From the human T2T-CHM13v2.0 reference genome, Homo sapiens: 64,000 nucleotides of DNA. Location of the stretch: the NCBI RefSeq assembly GCF_009914755.1, contig NC_060933.1. One strand, written 5' to 3'. Positions 45,750 through 59,473 of this stretch are shown piece by piece; positions within the stretch are counted from its first letter, which is position 1, and the number at the start of each line of letters is the position of its first letter. The notes under the pieces were generated by a model. It was not told the DNA's origin. It did no database searches and saw only the letters and a program-made list of their open reading frames with translations. The position numbers and the translations under genes are program-made.

Positions 45750-47639
45750 AATAATAACAAATTTAATTATTTTTTAAAAGTATTACTGTATTTCAGTCTT
45801 CTTTCAGCCTACAATATGGTATTAAATGCCTTACATGGAGACATATAAAGGATTTTACCATAATAACCTTTAAAACAAAAGTGATTTCCTAGAATTATAG
45901 GACAGAAAAAAGAATGTTAAAACAAATTTCATTTCCCAGGGTAGAAATCTAATGGAACATTAACTTGGGGCACTTTGTTATATCAAATCTAGTCCATAGC
46001 TAAGAACTGGATTAGATTAATCCTTTGGACAGTTTGGAACAAATTGTATTACATTGTGTTTGCCATGGAAGTCTTATTGCCTTCATGTTGAATTAAAATA
46101 GCCTTTCTCTCTACATAAGTGAAATACAAGCTCACTGCAGAGAAATCAGAATACTAACAAGCAAAAAGAGGAAAACAATAATCACTTGTAACCCATACCA
46201 CCCAGAGATAATGACTGTAATTTTTCCTTGCATTTTCTTCAAGGAAACATTGTTGGTTTTTAGCCAGGGTTTGGTATGCCTTAATAAGCACTGCATCACA
46301 AACTCTGTATTTAATACTTTTCACCCTTTTCTTTGAACTCTCTTTGGGCTGTTTTCATAGCCCAGACTGAGGTTATCTGTTGTAGAACAACAACTTAATA
46401 AATGATGTCTTGTTGGCTTGAAAGTACTCTTTATATAGATTTCCAAAGCACCAAACATAAAGCCAGGAAGTTCTTTATTCACTAGAAAATCTTGTTGAAC
46501 ATTTTCTGACATTATTAGTACAATGGAGAGAGTGAAGATGAAAGAAGAATGAAGAATTCTGAATCTTGAAGAGCCTGTGCTTATTAGTACTTTCAGCAGA
46601 AATTATGAAGGGTCACCTCATGAGCAGATTCATGAAGCCTCATTAGGTAAAGGCTTTAAATGTTTCAAGAGTAATCCCTCATAGAAAGCCTTATAACCAT
46701 CCTAAGCAAATGCTAGACAAACATGCCTACCTGCCCATGTTGACCTTTGATTGGCGAGAGTTTGTGTTTCCTCTTTAAGAGGAAGATGCACACCCAAGTG
46801 TGAAACTACACAGACAATTTAGCAGTGCTGTATCTGGGAATGCAAACCTGAGGACCTAAAGTTTGGCAGACCACTTGAGATGAAGTGGAGTGCAAAGTGT
46901 CCTTCGTCCATTCTTCAGATAGTTGCCTCCATTCTCTCTGATTTTCATTCTCTCTATTGTCCTTTCACTCAGTCTTGATATTCAACTATTTTTAGGACAG
47001 TTGAACAATAAAAACATGCATCCTGAAGTTAGGAAAAACAATGGCTTGGTGTCCTGTTCCAGAATCTTCTGTGTTTATTGATTTTGAGATAATTTGTTAC
47101 ATAAATACCAACGTCTCTACTGTCCCTTACCCAACTCCCACCCTATCCCTATAATAAGGGTAACTTTGGGGAATATGCTGCAGATTCTTTATCTCCGAGT
47201 TAATCTCCAGGTGTAGATCAATGCCAAAAGTTCTTAGAACTCCTAGGAAGTTCTCAGCTTCTTTGAGTTTCTGGTCCATTTGGCAGGAAGGCAGGCTGAA
47301 GGGGAAGAGTCAACCAAGCTACCTTGAGAAGTAAGTGGAGGTGCTGAAAACTTCATTTGCGCGCCCCTGAACTAGGTTAAACACTAGAAATCTGTGTGCT
47401 TGATTTGCGAATTTGGTACATATAGCCTTTATTTCATGGCAATGTTGGCCATCAAGCTGCAAAGGATTTTTAACATCCTTTAAATAAAGGACATAAAATG
47501 AAATACCACCACATTGTCTACTGTGGGACTGCTACAGTGGACAATGTGGCAGACAAGATATATACGATGCTATTAAGAATATTTGGGTTATACTCAATTT
47601 CAAGTGATAGAATTCATCAATATTTTATTTGTATTTTCA

Positions 47640-49500
47640 TAATTTTATTCATCCAATGTTCATCTTTTCTGTGCCAGGTATTTTAACGAGCTCTGGGGAT
47701 AGGTACATCTATGAACAAACAGCAGATGTGATTTCTGACCTCTTGAAGTAAGACATTAATTTATAGTTATATAATATTCCTTAATTCCTACGGAGCGAGA
47801 AAAGTAAGCAATGACACAGTGTAATTGGAAGTGCTAGCATAATATGAAGATTCAGGAAAAATCTTCCTTGAGTAGGTGACATTTAAGCGATGAAATGTTC
47901 CCTGATACATTGCTAGATGCTATGACTATAAAGATAAGCATAGCATAGTCCCTATCCCTGAGAATTTCATGTCTAGGAAAGAGACTTGAAAACCAATCAC
48001 AGTCATTTATTAAAAAGCCTCTACAAAAGCATATGAATTGTAGTGGATTCCAAAGGTTGTGGGTGATCAATTCTAGCCATCTCAGAAAAGACCTTATGAA
48101 AAGAGATTACTTTAAATGTGAGTTTTGAAAGACAATAATGTTGAAGGCTGACAAAGATTACCAGGCAATCAAGACAAGGAAGAATATAGCAAGTATTGTC
48201 TGTAAGATAAAAAAAAAAATGCCTAATATGTTTGGCAAACTCTAAGTAGAGATTAAGGTTTGGGAAGGCAATTGACCAAAGGTGAAATTATATGTAAAGC
48301 AAGTTGGTAAAATATAAAACATGTGAAATGTTGTATGAAAGAGTTTACACTTCTCTTTTTGAAGTAGAAGAGGCAATGGAGTATTTTAATCAAGGATTTG
48401 ACATTGATTTGTGATTTAAGATTGATATTTCTGAGTGCAAAAGGAACGAAGAATTTGGCTCCTAGATAGGCTGGGCTCAGGGAAACTGAGTAGGAGACCA
48501 TTGTAGTAGCCATGAGAGAAGAATGAAGGACCTCAAATTTAACAGTAGCTGGGGAGATTCAAGAGATTTTTAGGAGTGAAAAATCAATGCTAATTGAAGA
48601 GTGACTGGCTAGGACAGATGAAGGAGAGAGAGGACTCTAGAAAATACTGAGATTTCTACCTTCTGGATTATTTATATTATCCATGAGACCTCTGCTAGCT
48701 AGTGAAAAGGTTAAGATTTGGGGTTTGAATCCTGCCTCTACAACTTGTGAATTATGGGGCTTGGAAGGAGTTACTTAAATGTGACAAGCCTCAGTTTTCT
48801 TATCTGTACAAAAGTGGCTTAAAATAATTTTGAGAGATTCTTGGGAAGATAACTAAAAATCCTTCAAGAATCCTCAATTAAGATAAATTATATAGAATCA
48901 AATGGTTTAAGGTAAGTTCAGTGTTAGGCATGCCAATTTTTAAATTAGCATTGTCTTTCTGGATGGATATGTCCAGTAGGTATTCAGAAATAAGGACTGA
49001 GGACTTGAGAAGGGGGTGCAAACAGAAGCCTAAGAATTTGGAGATATTATTATTATGTGATCTTGGAAATCACACCAGTGGGTGTGATTGCTCCAGGTAA
49101 AACGCAGGAAAAGGTTTGAAATGAGTTCTCTTATTGCAGTATCTAATAAGTATGCAGAAGAAGAGGAAGAGCTCAAAAAATCAACTAAAACATGGTTTAA
49201 ACATAGAAAAATCTAAAAAACAAGAACAAAAGTAAGAACATGTGCCTAGTGTACCACAAGGGGTATTTTAAGAAGGAACCATTAGCACTCTGGCAAATCT
49301 TATAGCTGACAAGTAGCTTGAGGAATGAAGAGAACTCTGAATATAACAACAAAGAGATCACTGTCAGCCTTGGAGAGAGAAATCTCCATATGATGGTTAG
49401 GAGAAGAGTGCAGATTGGGGTGATTTAAGGGGAGAACAGAAATATAGAAACAGTCAAGAGAAATACAGTGCTCCTGTACGAAGTTAGTCATACAGGGCTG
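47640..49500. mobile_element. Fragmented L2 with an embedded MIR (~48690-48850)
   Basis: TTCATCCAATGTTCA...GTGCCAGG..., GGAGACCATTGTAGTAG and TAAGTTCAGT motifs typical of L2; MIR core AAGCCTCAGTTTTCTTATCTGTA. Confidence 0.55.
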
Positions 49501-49647
49501 GGTACAGGATAAAGAGGCTTGAATTCCTAGTAACAGATAATAATAATAAGGACCTAGGATCGAGCAAAGGGGGTAATGATTGGAGATAAATGATGAAGGA
49601 ATGCTCTAGAAGTGACTGCAGTTCAGGATGTAAAAAACATGTAAGGA

Positions 49648-49959
<312 letters not shown>

Positions 49960-50255
49960 CTAAGATGGAAGAAGGTGAAACCTTCTTTTGAGTCAAAATG
50001 TAAGGGAGCAAGTTTAGAAAGAATATTAGTAAATGGAAATTAAGAAGCTTCCAGTATTAATTCACCTGTTGTTTGATACTATTCACTTTTATTTTTATAT
50101 TTTATCTGATACTTTATGTGTTGATATTTTATCTAATAACATAAGTACCTTAATTGCTATCATGTTTTAATGTTATCTTTAGATAAAATAAATTATTATG
50201 TTATCACCCAATAAAAGCTAAGTGAAACCTCATCTCTGTCTGCTGCCTCCTACAG

Positions 50256-50284
<29 letters not shown>
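50256..50284. repeat. (AC)14 microsatellite
   Basis: Direct count. Confidence 0.9.
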
Positions 50285-50292
<8 letters not shown>

Positions 50293-50872
50293 TATATACA
50301 TGGAAAATACTGATTGTTAATAAAGTAGCCCCAAGAAAAATAGGATCTCAGAGACTATACCATCAGTGCTAGGGTTGAATGTTATCAGATAAATATCTTT
50401 CCCTAATGATTTGTAGCTCTTCAAGAAACCTTGGAACTAAGCTTCATGAAGGACTGACATCAGGACATTGGAGTATGTGTTAAATATAGTTGTTTCAGAA
50501 TAAAATGATTTGTATTATTTATTGATATAAATGAGGTTTTGCTTGAGCATTTGCTTGTTGGAAGGATGTTTTTACATAGCCATGCTTTGTTATGTTAACT
50601 GTTAGCTCAAGCTTAAATTAGAATTGTAAGCAATTAATTTTGTATCATGTTTACATTTAAAAAACAGAAGTACCACAAGACCTTTCCTAGTGAATGAACA
50701 CATAGTTTAATTAGATCATCTTGACTTTATTGTATGATAAGCACATAAACATAAAAGGCTTCTTCTAATTCTGGTGATTTTTGAAATAATAAAGTCCAGA
50801 TTCTGGATTTATATGATGAAGCAATTGCAGTAGATTGTGTAGATAGAAGAGCACCCATTTGAAAAAAAGAGT

Positions 50873-52787
50873 CCATTATTTTTTGAGTTTTTGATTATGG
50901 CCATTCTTGCAGGAGTAAGTTGGTATTGCATTGTAGTTTTGATTTGCATTTCACTGATCATTAGTGATGTTGGACATTTTTTCATGTTTGTTGACCATTT
51001 GTATGTCTTCTTGTAATAATTGTCTATCCATGTCCCTAGCCCACTTTTTGGTGGGATTATTTGGTTTTTTTCTTTCTAATTTGTTTGAGTTCCTTCTAGA
51101 TTGTGGATATTAGTCCTTTGTTGGACGTATAGATTGTGAATAATTTCTCCCACTCTGTGGATCGTTGGTTTATTCTGCTGACTGTTACTTTAGCTCTGCA
51201 GAAGCTCTTTAGTTTAATTAAGTCCCACCTATTTATCTTTGCTTTTGTTGTATTTGATTTTGGATTCTTGGTCATGAAGTCATTGCCTAAGCCAATGTCT
51301 GGAAGGGTTTTTCTGATGTTAACCTCTGGAATTTTTATAGTTTCAGGTCTTAGATTTAAGTTCTTGATCCATTTTGAATTGACTTTTGTATAAGCAGAGA
51401 GAAGAGGATCCAGTTTCTTTCTCCTACCTGTGGCCTGCCAATTATCCCAGCACCATTTGTTGAATAGGGTGTACTTTCTCCACTTTGTTTTTGTTTGCTT
51501 TGTCAAAGATCAGTTCTGGGTTCTCTCTTCTGTCCCATTGGTCTATGTGCCTACTTTTATATCAGTCCCATGCTGTTTTGGTGACTGTGCCCTTATAGTA
51601 TAGTTTGAAGTCAGGTAATGTGATGCCTCCAGATTTGTTGTTTTTGCTTAGTCTTGCTTTGACTATGCAGGCTCTTCTTTGGGGGTTCCATATTAATTGT
51701 AGGATTGCTTTGTCTAGTTCTTTAAAGAATGATGGTGGTATTTGGATGAGAATTGCCTTGAATTTGTGATTGCTTTTGGCAATATGGTCATTTTCACAAT
51801 ATTCTACCCATCCATGAGCATGGGATATATTTCCATGTGTTTTTGTTGTCTATGATTTCCTTCAGCAGTGTTTTGTAGTTTTCCTGGTAGAGGTCTTTCA
51901 CCTCCCTGGTTTGGTATATTCCAAAAGTATTTTATTTTTAAATTTTGGCAGCTATTGTAAAAGGGGTTGAGTTCTTGATTTGATTCTCAGGTTGGTCGCT
52001 GTTGGTGTATAGCAGAGATACTGACTTGTGTACATTAATTTTCCATACTGAAACTTGGCTGAATTCATTTATCAGTTCTAAAGCTTTTTGGAGGAGTCTT
52101 TTGGGTTTTCTAAGTATAGCATCATATCCTGCTGGCATGGATGTGGTGTAAAGGGAACACTTCTACACTGCTGGTGCGAATGTAAACTAATACAACCACT
52201 ATGGAAAACAGTGCGAAGATTCCTTAAATAACTAAAAGTAGAACTACAATTTGATCCAGGAATCCCACTACTGGGTGTCTACCCAGAGGAAAAGAAGTCA
52301 TTATATGAAAAAGATACTTTGTACATGCATATTTATAGCAGCACAATTCACAATTGCAAAAATATGAAACCAGCACAAATCTCCATCAGAGTGGATAAAG
52401 AAAATGTGATATATATATGAAGGAACACTGCTCAGCCATTAAAAGGAATAAATTAATGGCATTCATAACAACTTGGATGGAACTTGAGATTATTATTCTA
52501 AGTGAAGTAACTCAGGAATGGAAAAACCAAACATTGTATGTTCCCACTTATAAGTGGGAGCTAAACTATGAAGATGCAAAGGCATACTAATGATACAATG
52601 GACTTTGGGGACTTGAGGTAAAGAGTGGGAGGGGGGTGAGGGATAAAAGACTACAAATTGGGTTTAGTTTATTCTGCTTGGGTGATGGGTACACCAAAAC
52701 CTGACAAATCACCACTGAAGAACTTACTAATGTAACCAAATACCAACTGTTTCCCCCAAACTTATGGAAATGAAAAATTTTAAAAAA
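50873..52787. mobile_element. 5'-inverted L1PB-like element: antisense ORF2 segment 52128->50873 + sense ORF2 end/3' UTR 52129-52787
   Basis: Minus ORFs [10 protein letters not shown]...[10 protein letters not shown] and ELINEFSQVS.KINVHKS; plus strand GGCATGGATGTGGTGTAAAGGGAACAC...CAAATCACCACTGAAGAACTT...AAAAATTTTAAAAA. Confidence 0.92.
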
Positions 52788-53356
52788 CCACATAGTCCAA
52801 AGCTGATTGGAATTCTTCATTATTCTCACTCAAAGTCAGCATCATCTCAAAGTCATTGAAAGGAATAAGTTTGCATAGAACAGCTTGGATTTTGGGTTAT
52901 CTTAATATTATAAGTATCTTAATGGTTATTATCTTGCTCGCTTTGCCTTACAGTTCACTTAGAGTTTTATTTTGATTTTACCATGATGTAATGATCTTTA
53001 GTATTCTGTCCTTGGTCTGTATCTCTTCTTCACCAGCCTCTAGCTAGGTGGCCTCAGTCATATTTTCAGCTTTGCTATTTATTGTGTTCTAGTGCCTTTG
53101 AAATGAGTTTCACTAGCTATGTTCATGTATGTAAGTCCAAACGCTGAAGGCATATCTTTTTAAATATCCCAGCAGGATTCATACTTAATATTTCAAAACT
53201 GAACTTGAACCTTTTCTGTGAAACTTATTTGTCCTCCTGTATTTCCTACTGAAGGACACAACCAAATAAAAAGAGTTAAACTGGAAGAAAACCATAGTTC
53301 CACCATCAAGGTAAAATCAGTCAACATATTTTATTTTACTCTGGGCTTTTCTCTAA

Positions 53357-53836
<480 letters not shown>

Positions 53837-54152
53837 CATTTTAAAATTTATTTAAAGAATATTGACATTTTTTTGGTGGGGGGGTTCTTTTATCTTACAA
53901 TGTTGATATTGGTAATTTTTACTTTTATTTTAAATAGCCCTTTCACCCAAGTTTTAAATATTTTTGCAATTTAGCTTAAAAGAGTCTGTTAAGATATAAA
54001 AACAAATCTATCTTAAGTTTTGCTACTTAAAAATTTCTGTTTTATAAAAATTATCTTTTATTTTAAAAATTTTGTTCAGTGTGGATGAAAACTTTTTTAT
54101 TAGCATTCAGTGTTAGTTACCTTTTTATGCTTAACATTTCATTTTGATATAG

Positions 54153-54571
<419 letters not shown>

Positions 54572-54889
54572 TAAATATGTATGTATTTTAAAATCTTTTT
54601 GCTATATATGATTAGAATGTTATATTGTTAAACGCATAGTTAGCACATTTCACAAGATTCGATAGGCAATATTTTTATTGTTATTTAGCTGTAAGTGTTT
54701 TATAATTTGCTTTATAGATTCATTTTTAATTCAGGAATTATTTAGAGATAGAATTTTTCAGTTTCCAATATATATAATAAGGGAATATCCTTTGTGGTTT
54801 TAATTTTGTTGCTCATGGTCTGAATGATTGTTCTTTATGAGTTCTTTGGAATTTGTTAAAATTTCCTTTTTGGCCTACGTATTAGATCA

Positions 54890-55215
54890 GTTAATGCTAG
54901 TTCTAAAAATATCAGAAGCTTAATCAAATAAATATTTTTCACTCATGAAATCTAAAACACATGCTCCAACTAAGAGGCATCTTCAGGATTCTAAGATATT
55001 GCTGTATATTGGCATCCTACCACTAATCAGGGAAGAAAGAGGCTGGAGGATTGTCCCTTAAATTTAGATGCTCCTGAAAATGTTTAATACACTTTTACCC
55101 ACAGTCCATTGGCCAGAATTCAGCTTCATAGCCCATCGAACAGTAGGGATGACTGAGAAATGTAGTTTAACCATGTGTCCAAAAGGAAAGGGATGTAGTT
55201 AGGAGAAAACCAGCT
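54890..55215. mobile_element. MLT1-type MaLR LTR remnant
   Basis: CCCACAGTCCATTGGCCAGAATTCAG...GACTGAGAAATGTAGTTT motif typical of old MLT1. Confidence 0.55.
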
Positions 55216-56639
55216 GGTGTCTTTCAAGCCATACATGTTGTTAATTTTTATATATGTTCCTTCTTCACTAGAAAGAAGAAAAATCTATTTACTAGTTGAT
55301 TGTGGGGTTTAATGCATCATGTCATTTAAAGTTGTTCATTGTGTTCTATGAATTATAGTCTTATTAACATTTTTTCTTTCGATTTATCAGATTCTAAATG
55401 AGAGGACTACACTTTCCCATCATGAATGTGAAAATCTTTTTCCTTTTTTAAAATCAGAAGACTATATTGTTAGGCTCATATGATTTCATATTATATTATC
55501 ACATTATTCTTGTTAATGTTCTTTGGCTTAAATTCTCTTCTGGCTAATATCAATAAACACCTGCTTTATTTTGGGTAAGTTTTGCTAGGTATTCTTTCAT
55601 TTCACATTTAGCTTCTCATGTTGTTTTAGGTTGCTATCTTACAAGTAGCCTATGATTAGATTTTAAAATATCCAATCTAATAGTTGATCTTCTGATTAAT
55701 ATATTTACTTCGTTTACGTTTGTTATGCTTATTGTGTTACATTTTGCTCTGTTGATTTGTTTCCTCTTTCTTGTTTTTATTGAATCAGTAGGATTTATCC
55801 CCTCCTTTTCTTCTTGAAATTATGGATGTCATATATTGTATTTTCATCCCTAAAGAGTCACACTCCAATATTTCATAACAAAGAATAAAGGTATCATATG
55901 TATGCATGTACATGTATGTTTGACGAGGACCTTGGCATCTACTGCTTTTGTCTAAACTCCCTTACTTATCCTTCATCCACTTTTAGTTTCCTTTTTCTTA
56001 AGGCATGTAATTATTTCCCCTTAATTTTTGGACACAAAACTTGTTTGATTTTATAGTCAATATTTAATCATAATATGGTTTGTTTTATTTTGGCAATTTT
56101 GCTTCTCTTTCTGTTCTTTTACATAAAATCGCATGTCACGAAAAGAGATAACGAGATTATTAACAGAGCTAAGCAAGATTGAGGGAGAGAACATTTTTCT
56201 TCCTTGTGACAGTTTCCTAGGTACTTTCTTATTTTCTAAGGTATTTCTTTTTCTGGTTCCTGGAAAATCTTTTGTATATTCGGAGATGAAGAAGACAAAG
56301 AAATGATATTACTGATAAGGACTGAACTAATTTATTATAAAATATAACCAGTTCATGAAGGGTTTTAATATTCAACCATCTCAAGGCAGTGATATTATAT
56401 AAAGAAACTTGAACATTAAAATTCTTCTCCATAGGACTAGAATTTTTTAACCTCAAAGTAACCATAATGGGTGTTCTAATATAATTTTAGGTTTTATGAA
56501 ATAATCCCAATATAACAATTTACAGTTTGCTTAAGAGTTAATGTTTTAACTTTCTCTGCATTTGCTGTTTATAGACTTACAGTTATATAATGATTGACTT
56601 CTCATTCTTTTTAAAATAATAACTATGTTATTATTCAGG

Positions 56640-57560
56640 ACTGACTTCAGATTCTTACAAATACACTATAATTAAAAAAGTAAAATGATTGGTACTCATA
56701 GAAAAGAAAATAGAAAACATTTGTTTTGGATAGAAATATGACTGAATATCTAAAAAATGCAAGAGACTTTAAAATAAAATTTAAAAACAAGTTTAACAAG
56801 TTGGTTATAGAGTGAATGTGTGAAAATAAATGGGTTTTTATTTTATGTAATATGGGTAAAAAGACCTGGAGTGGTTACATGTATAGATAGATAAAATAAC
56901 GCTTTAAATATTCAACTGTCCAGTGATAGCTTTGGGGAAAAATACATCTGCAAAAGAGATGCTAGAGTTAATATTTATGTTATGGAAGAACCTCTTTTAA
57001 ATTGACAAAAATTTTTCAGATTAAAATTAGCAGAGTGTATGAATAGGTAACTCACTGTGGGACTAATTCTAATGGCACTGAATCCTATGTAAAGATGCTG
57101 ACACACTAGAGAATATAAGTAAATTCATTATCATATTTATCAGACTGCAAAATTTAAAAGAGCTGTATTACCTGTTGCTGGTGGGGATGTGGCAAACGTG
57201 AACAATTGGTTGTTACTGATATACATGCAAATTATTACATCATTTCTGTCACAGTCATAACATTTCAAAGTACATATAACTTTCATTTTGATATCCCAAT
57301 TCTGTAACATTATTTCTTATAAATAAAATTATTAGTAAGTAAAGATATATGTACACAGATATTTACTGCAGCATTATTCATAGTAATAAAAAGGAACATT
57401 AAGAGATTTCCTATCAGTAGAGGAATATTGGAATAATTACGGTGCCCCCACACTATGGTGTTGTACATAACTACCAAAACAGTGAATTAGACTTACATCA
57501 CTTAAATAATTTCCACAAAGTACTTAAGTATGAAAATCAACATATGAAAAAGTGTTTATA
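56640..57560 (+). mobile_element. Ancient L1ME-type ORF2 3' remnant
   Basis: TGTTGCTGGTGGGGATGTGG, GATATTTACTGCAGCATTATTCATAGT, CCTATCAGTAGAGGAATATTGG. Confidence 0.6.
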
Positions 57561-58479
57561 ATTGTTTTAATTGCAAAAAAAATCATCCATAAATGTTTTC
57601 ATATGTATGTATGTCTATTTACTTTTAATTATTTAGGCTTTAACAAAAACCATGAAAGATCTATCCTAAATTGTTATCCAATATTTGCTAGAAAGGAGTG
57701 AGGAGTGTGGAGTAGCAGTAGGGGGGAAAAGGAACGACAAGCCAATATGTTAATACCTTCAGTATATAAAATAAAATATATGTATAACAAAGTAATAAAA
57801 TTAGATATAAAATAAAGTATATAAATAAAAATCCACGGAACAAAAATATCTTAAAAATCTAGAACGTATGTTACTCCATTTACATATAGTTATAATGAAA
57901 AAAACAATATAAAGGCAATAATTAAGACTGTGAATGAAGTTAATATATCTCAACAAGATATTTGAGGAGATTAAAGTTAAATCACTGGGAAATGGTAGAT
58001 GCCTGACAAACACTCTTATCTGGGAATTTTACATGAATTTTAAATTTAGCACTTGAGAGATATTTGGGTTCAGGTCCTCATCAAATGCATTCTCATTTAT
58101 CTCATTATTATAACGGCAACTGTAAGCAAGCACTCAGAGATCTATGTGTGAAAGATTTACAAATACCTGTACCCACCCCTGAAGCAGGACTCTCGAAACT
58201 ATTTCCTGCTGCTAAATGATGGTTTTTATCTTCTAAAATAAGTTCCGGAATAAAAGGAAACAACATAGGGTGAAAAGGTCATGAATTTTACAGTTAACTG
58301 GGCATCAGCTTTATTTCAGGCTTTGCCACATACCAACTGTGTAATGAAGGGTATATAAAGACAATAAAGCCACAATTATCTCTCCATTAATGTGTCATAA
58401 CTATATGCTGATAACTGTCAATACCAGTCAAATGGTTTGGATGATCAGAGGTCAGCCACTAGAGGAGAGGAGTTTGTCA

Positions 58480-58650
58480 TAGCTTAGATTACTTACCTGT
58501 GTGACCTTGAGTTAGAGATTCTTCTGTTTATTCATCCCCAAAGCAGATATAATAGCAATGTTATCCATAGGGCTGTTGTGAGAATTCAGATGGATAACAC
58601 ACGTAAAGCACTATTTAGAGTGCTACACATACTAAAAAAGTATTCAGTGG
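58480..58650 (+). mobile_element. MIR fragment
   Basis: ACTTACCTGTGTGACCTTGAG...CATAGGGCTGTTGTGAGAATTCAGATGGATAAC. Confidence 0.7.
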
Positions 58651-58951
58651 AAACAACCAAAAATAATAAAAAAAAATCGTATCCAACGTGGCCTTGGAAC
58701 ATAGGTCTAGGGGGAAATAACTGGGGCAAACCTCAGCTACCCAGGACTAATACTTTGGGCCTTTTTTTTTCTGCCTCTGTGTGTGTGTAATAATGAAGAT
58801 TAAGTGTTGTGTATTATCAAGGAAAATTGTCCACCTTGAACCTAATGATAAATATGAAAACAGTAACAAAACAATAAAATAAAAAACAGCCTTAGAAATG
58901 TGAAAGTTATCCTAGTTACAGCCATTAATCAGAGTTACTAACGATGCATTA

Positions 58952-58957
58952 TTTATT
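58952..58957 (-). terminator. Candidate distal polyadenylation signal AATAAA for IZUMO3
   Basis: TTTATT on + strand, ~260 nt downstream of the stop codon. Confidence 0.6.
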
Positions 58958-59216
58958 ACTATCCAGCATATTATCTTTCCTGTGCATTGCAACATACCAG
59001 CATTACTTTCTGTACAACTCTGGCCAAATTATTTGCTCTCCCATTACTTCCGTTGTCTCAGGATATCAATAAGCATTTTCATTAGAGAAACTCTAAGTTC
59101 TATTTCAGTTTTAAAATACTATGACTTTATGACCAAGAAAGGGTTTACCTCCCAGTTTTGTACTTAGAGTCAACACTTAAGAGAATCATGAAAGACTTCT
59201 TGTCCATGTTGATGTG

Positions 59217-59222
59217 TTTATT
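59217..59222 (-). terminator. AATAAA hexamer overlapping the IZUMO3 stop codon (possible proximal poly(A) signal)
   Basis: Minus strand reads AGA AAA TAA AC. Confidence 0.4.
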
Positions 59223-59356
59223 TTCTGAGTCTAAAGTCTTTCTCCTCCTTCTCATCTATCTTCCCCATTAATTCTTCAAGTTTCTTCTCCACATATTCCT
59301 TTAGCGACCTTCGTATTGCCTTCATTTTCCTCCGATGAAAGATGCAAAAATGGAAT
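59218..59356 (-). CDS. IZUMO3: IZUMO3 coding exon 7 (139 nt; cytoplasmic tail to TAA)
   Basis: Acceptor ...ctactctAG|ATTCC, encodes [45 protein letters not shown]; TAA at 59220-59218. Confidence 0.95.
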
Positions 59357-59426
59357 CTAGAGTAGGAAAAGAAAATAATTCCAACTTCAATATCAGTAGC
59401 CCCATTCTTTAAGCCAGTTATACATT

Positions 59427-59473
<47 letters not shown>

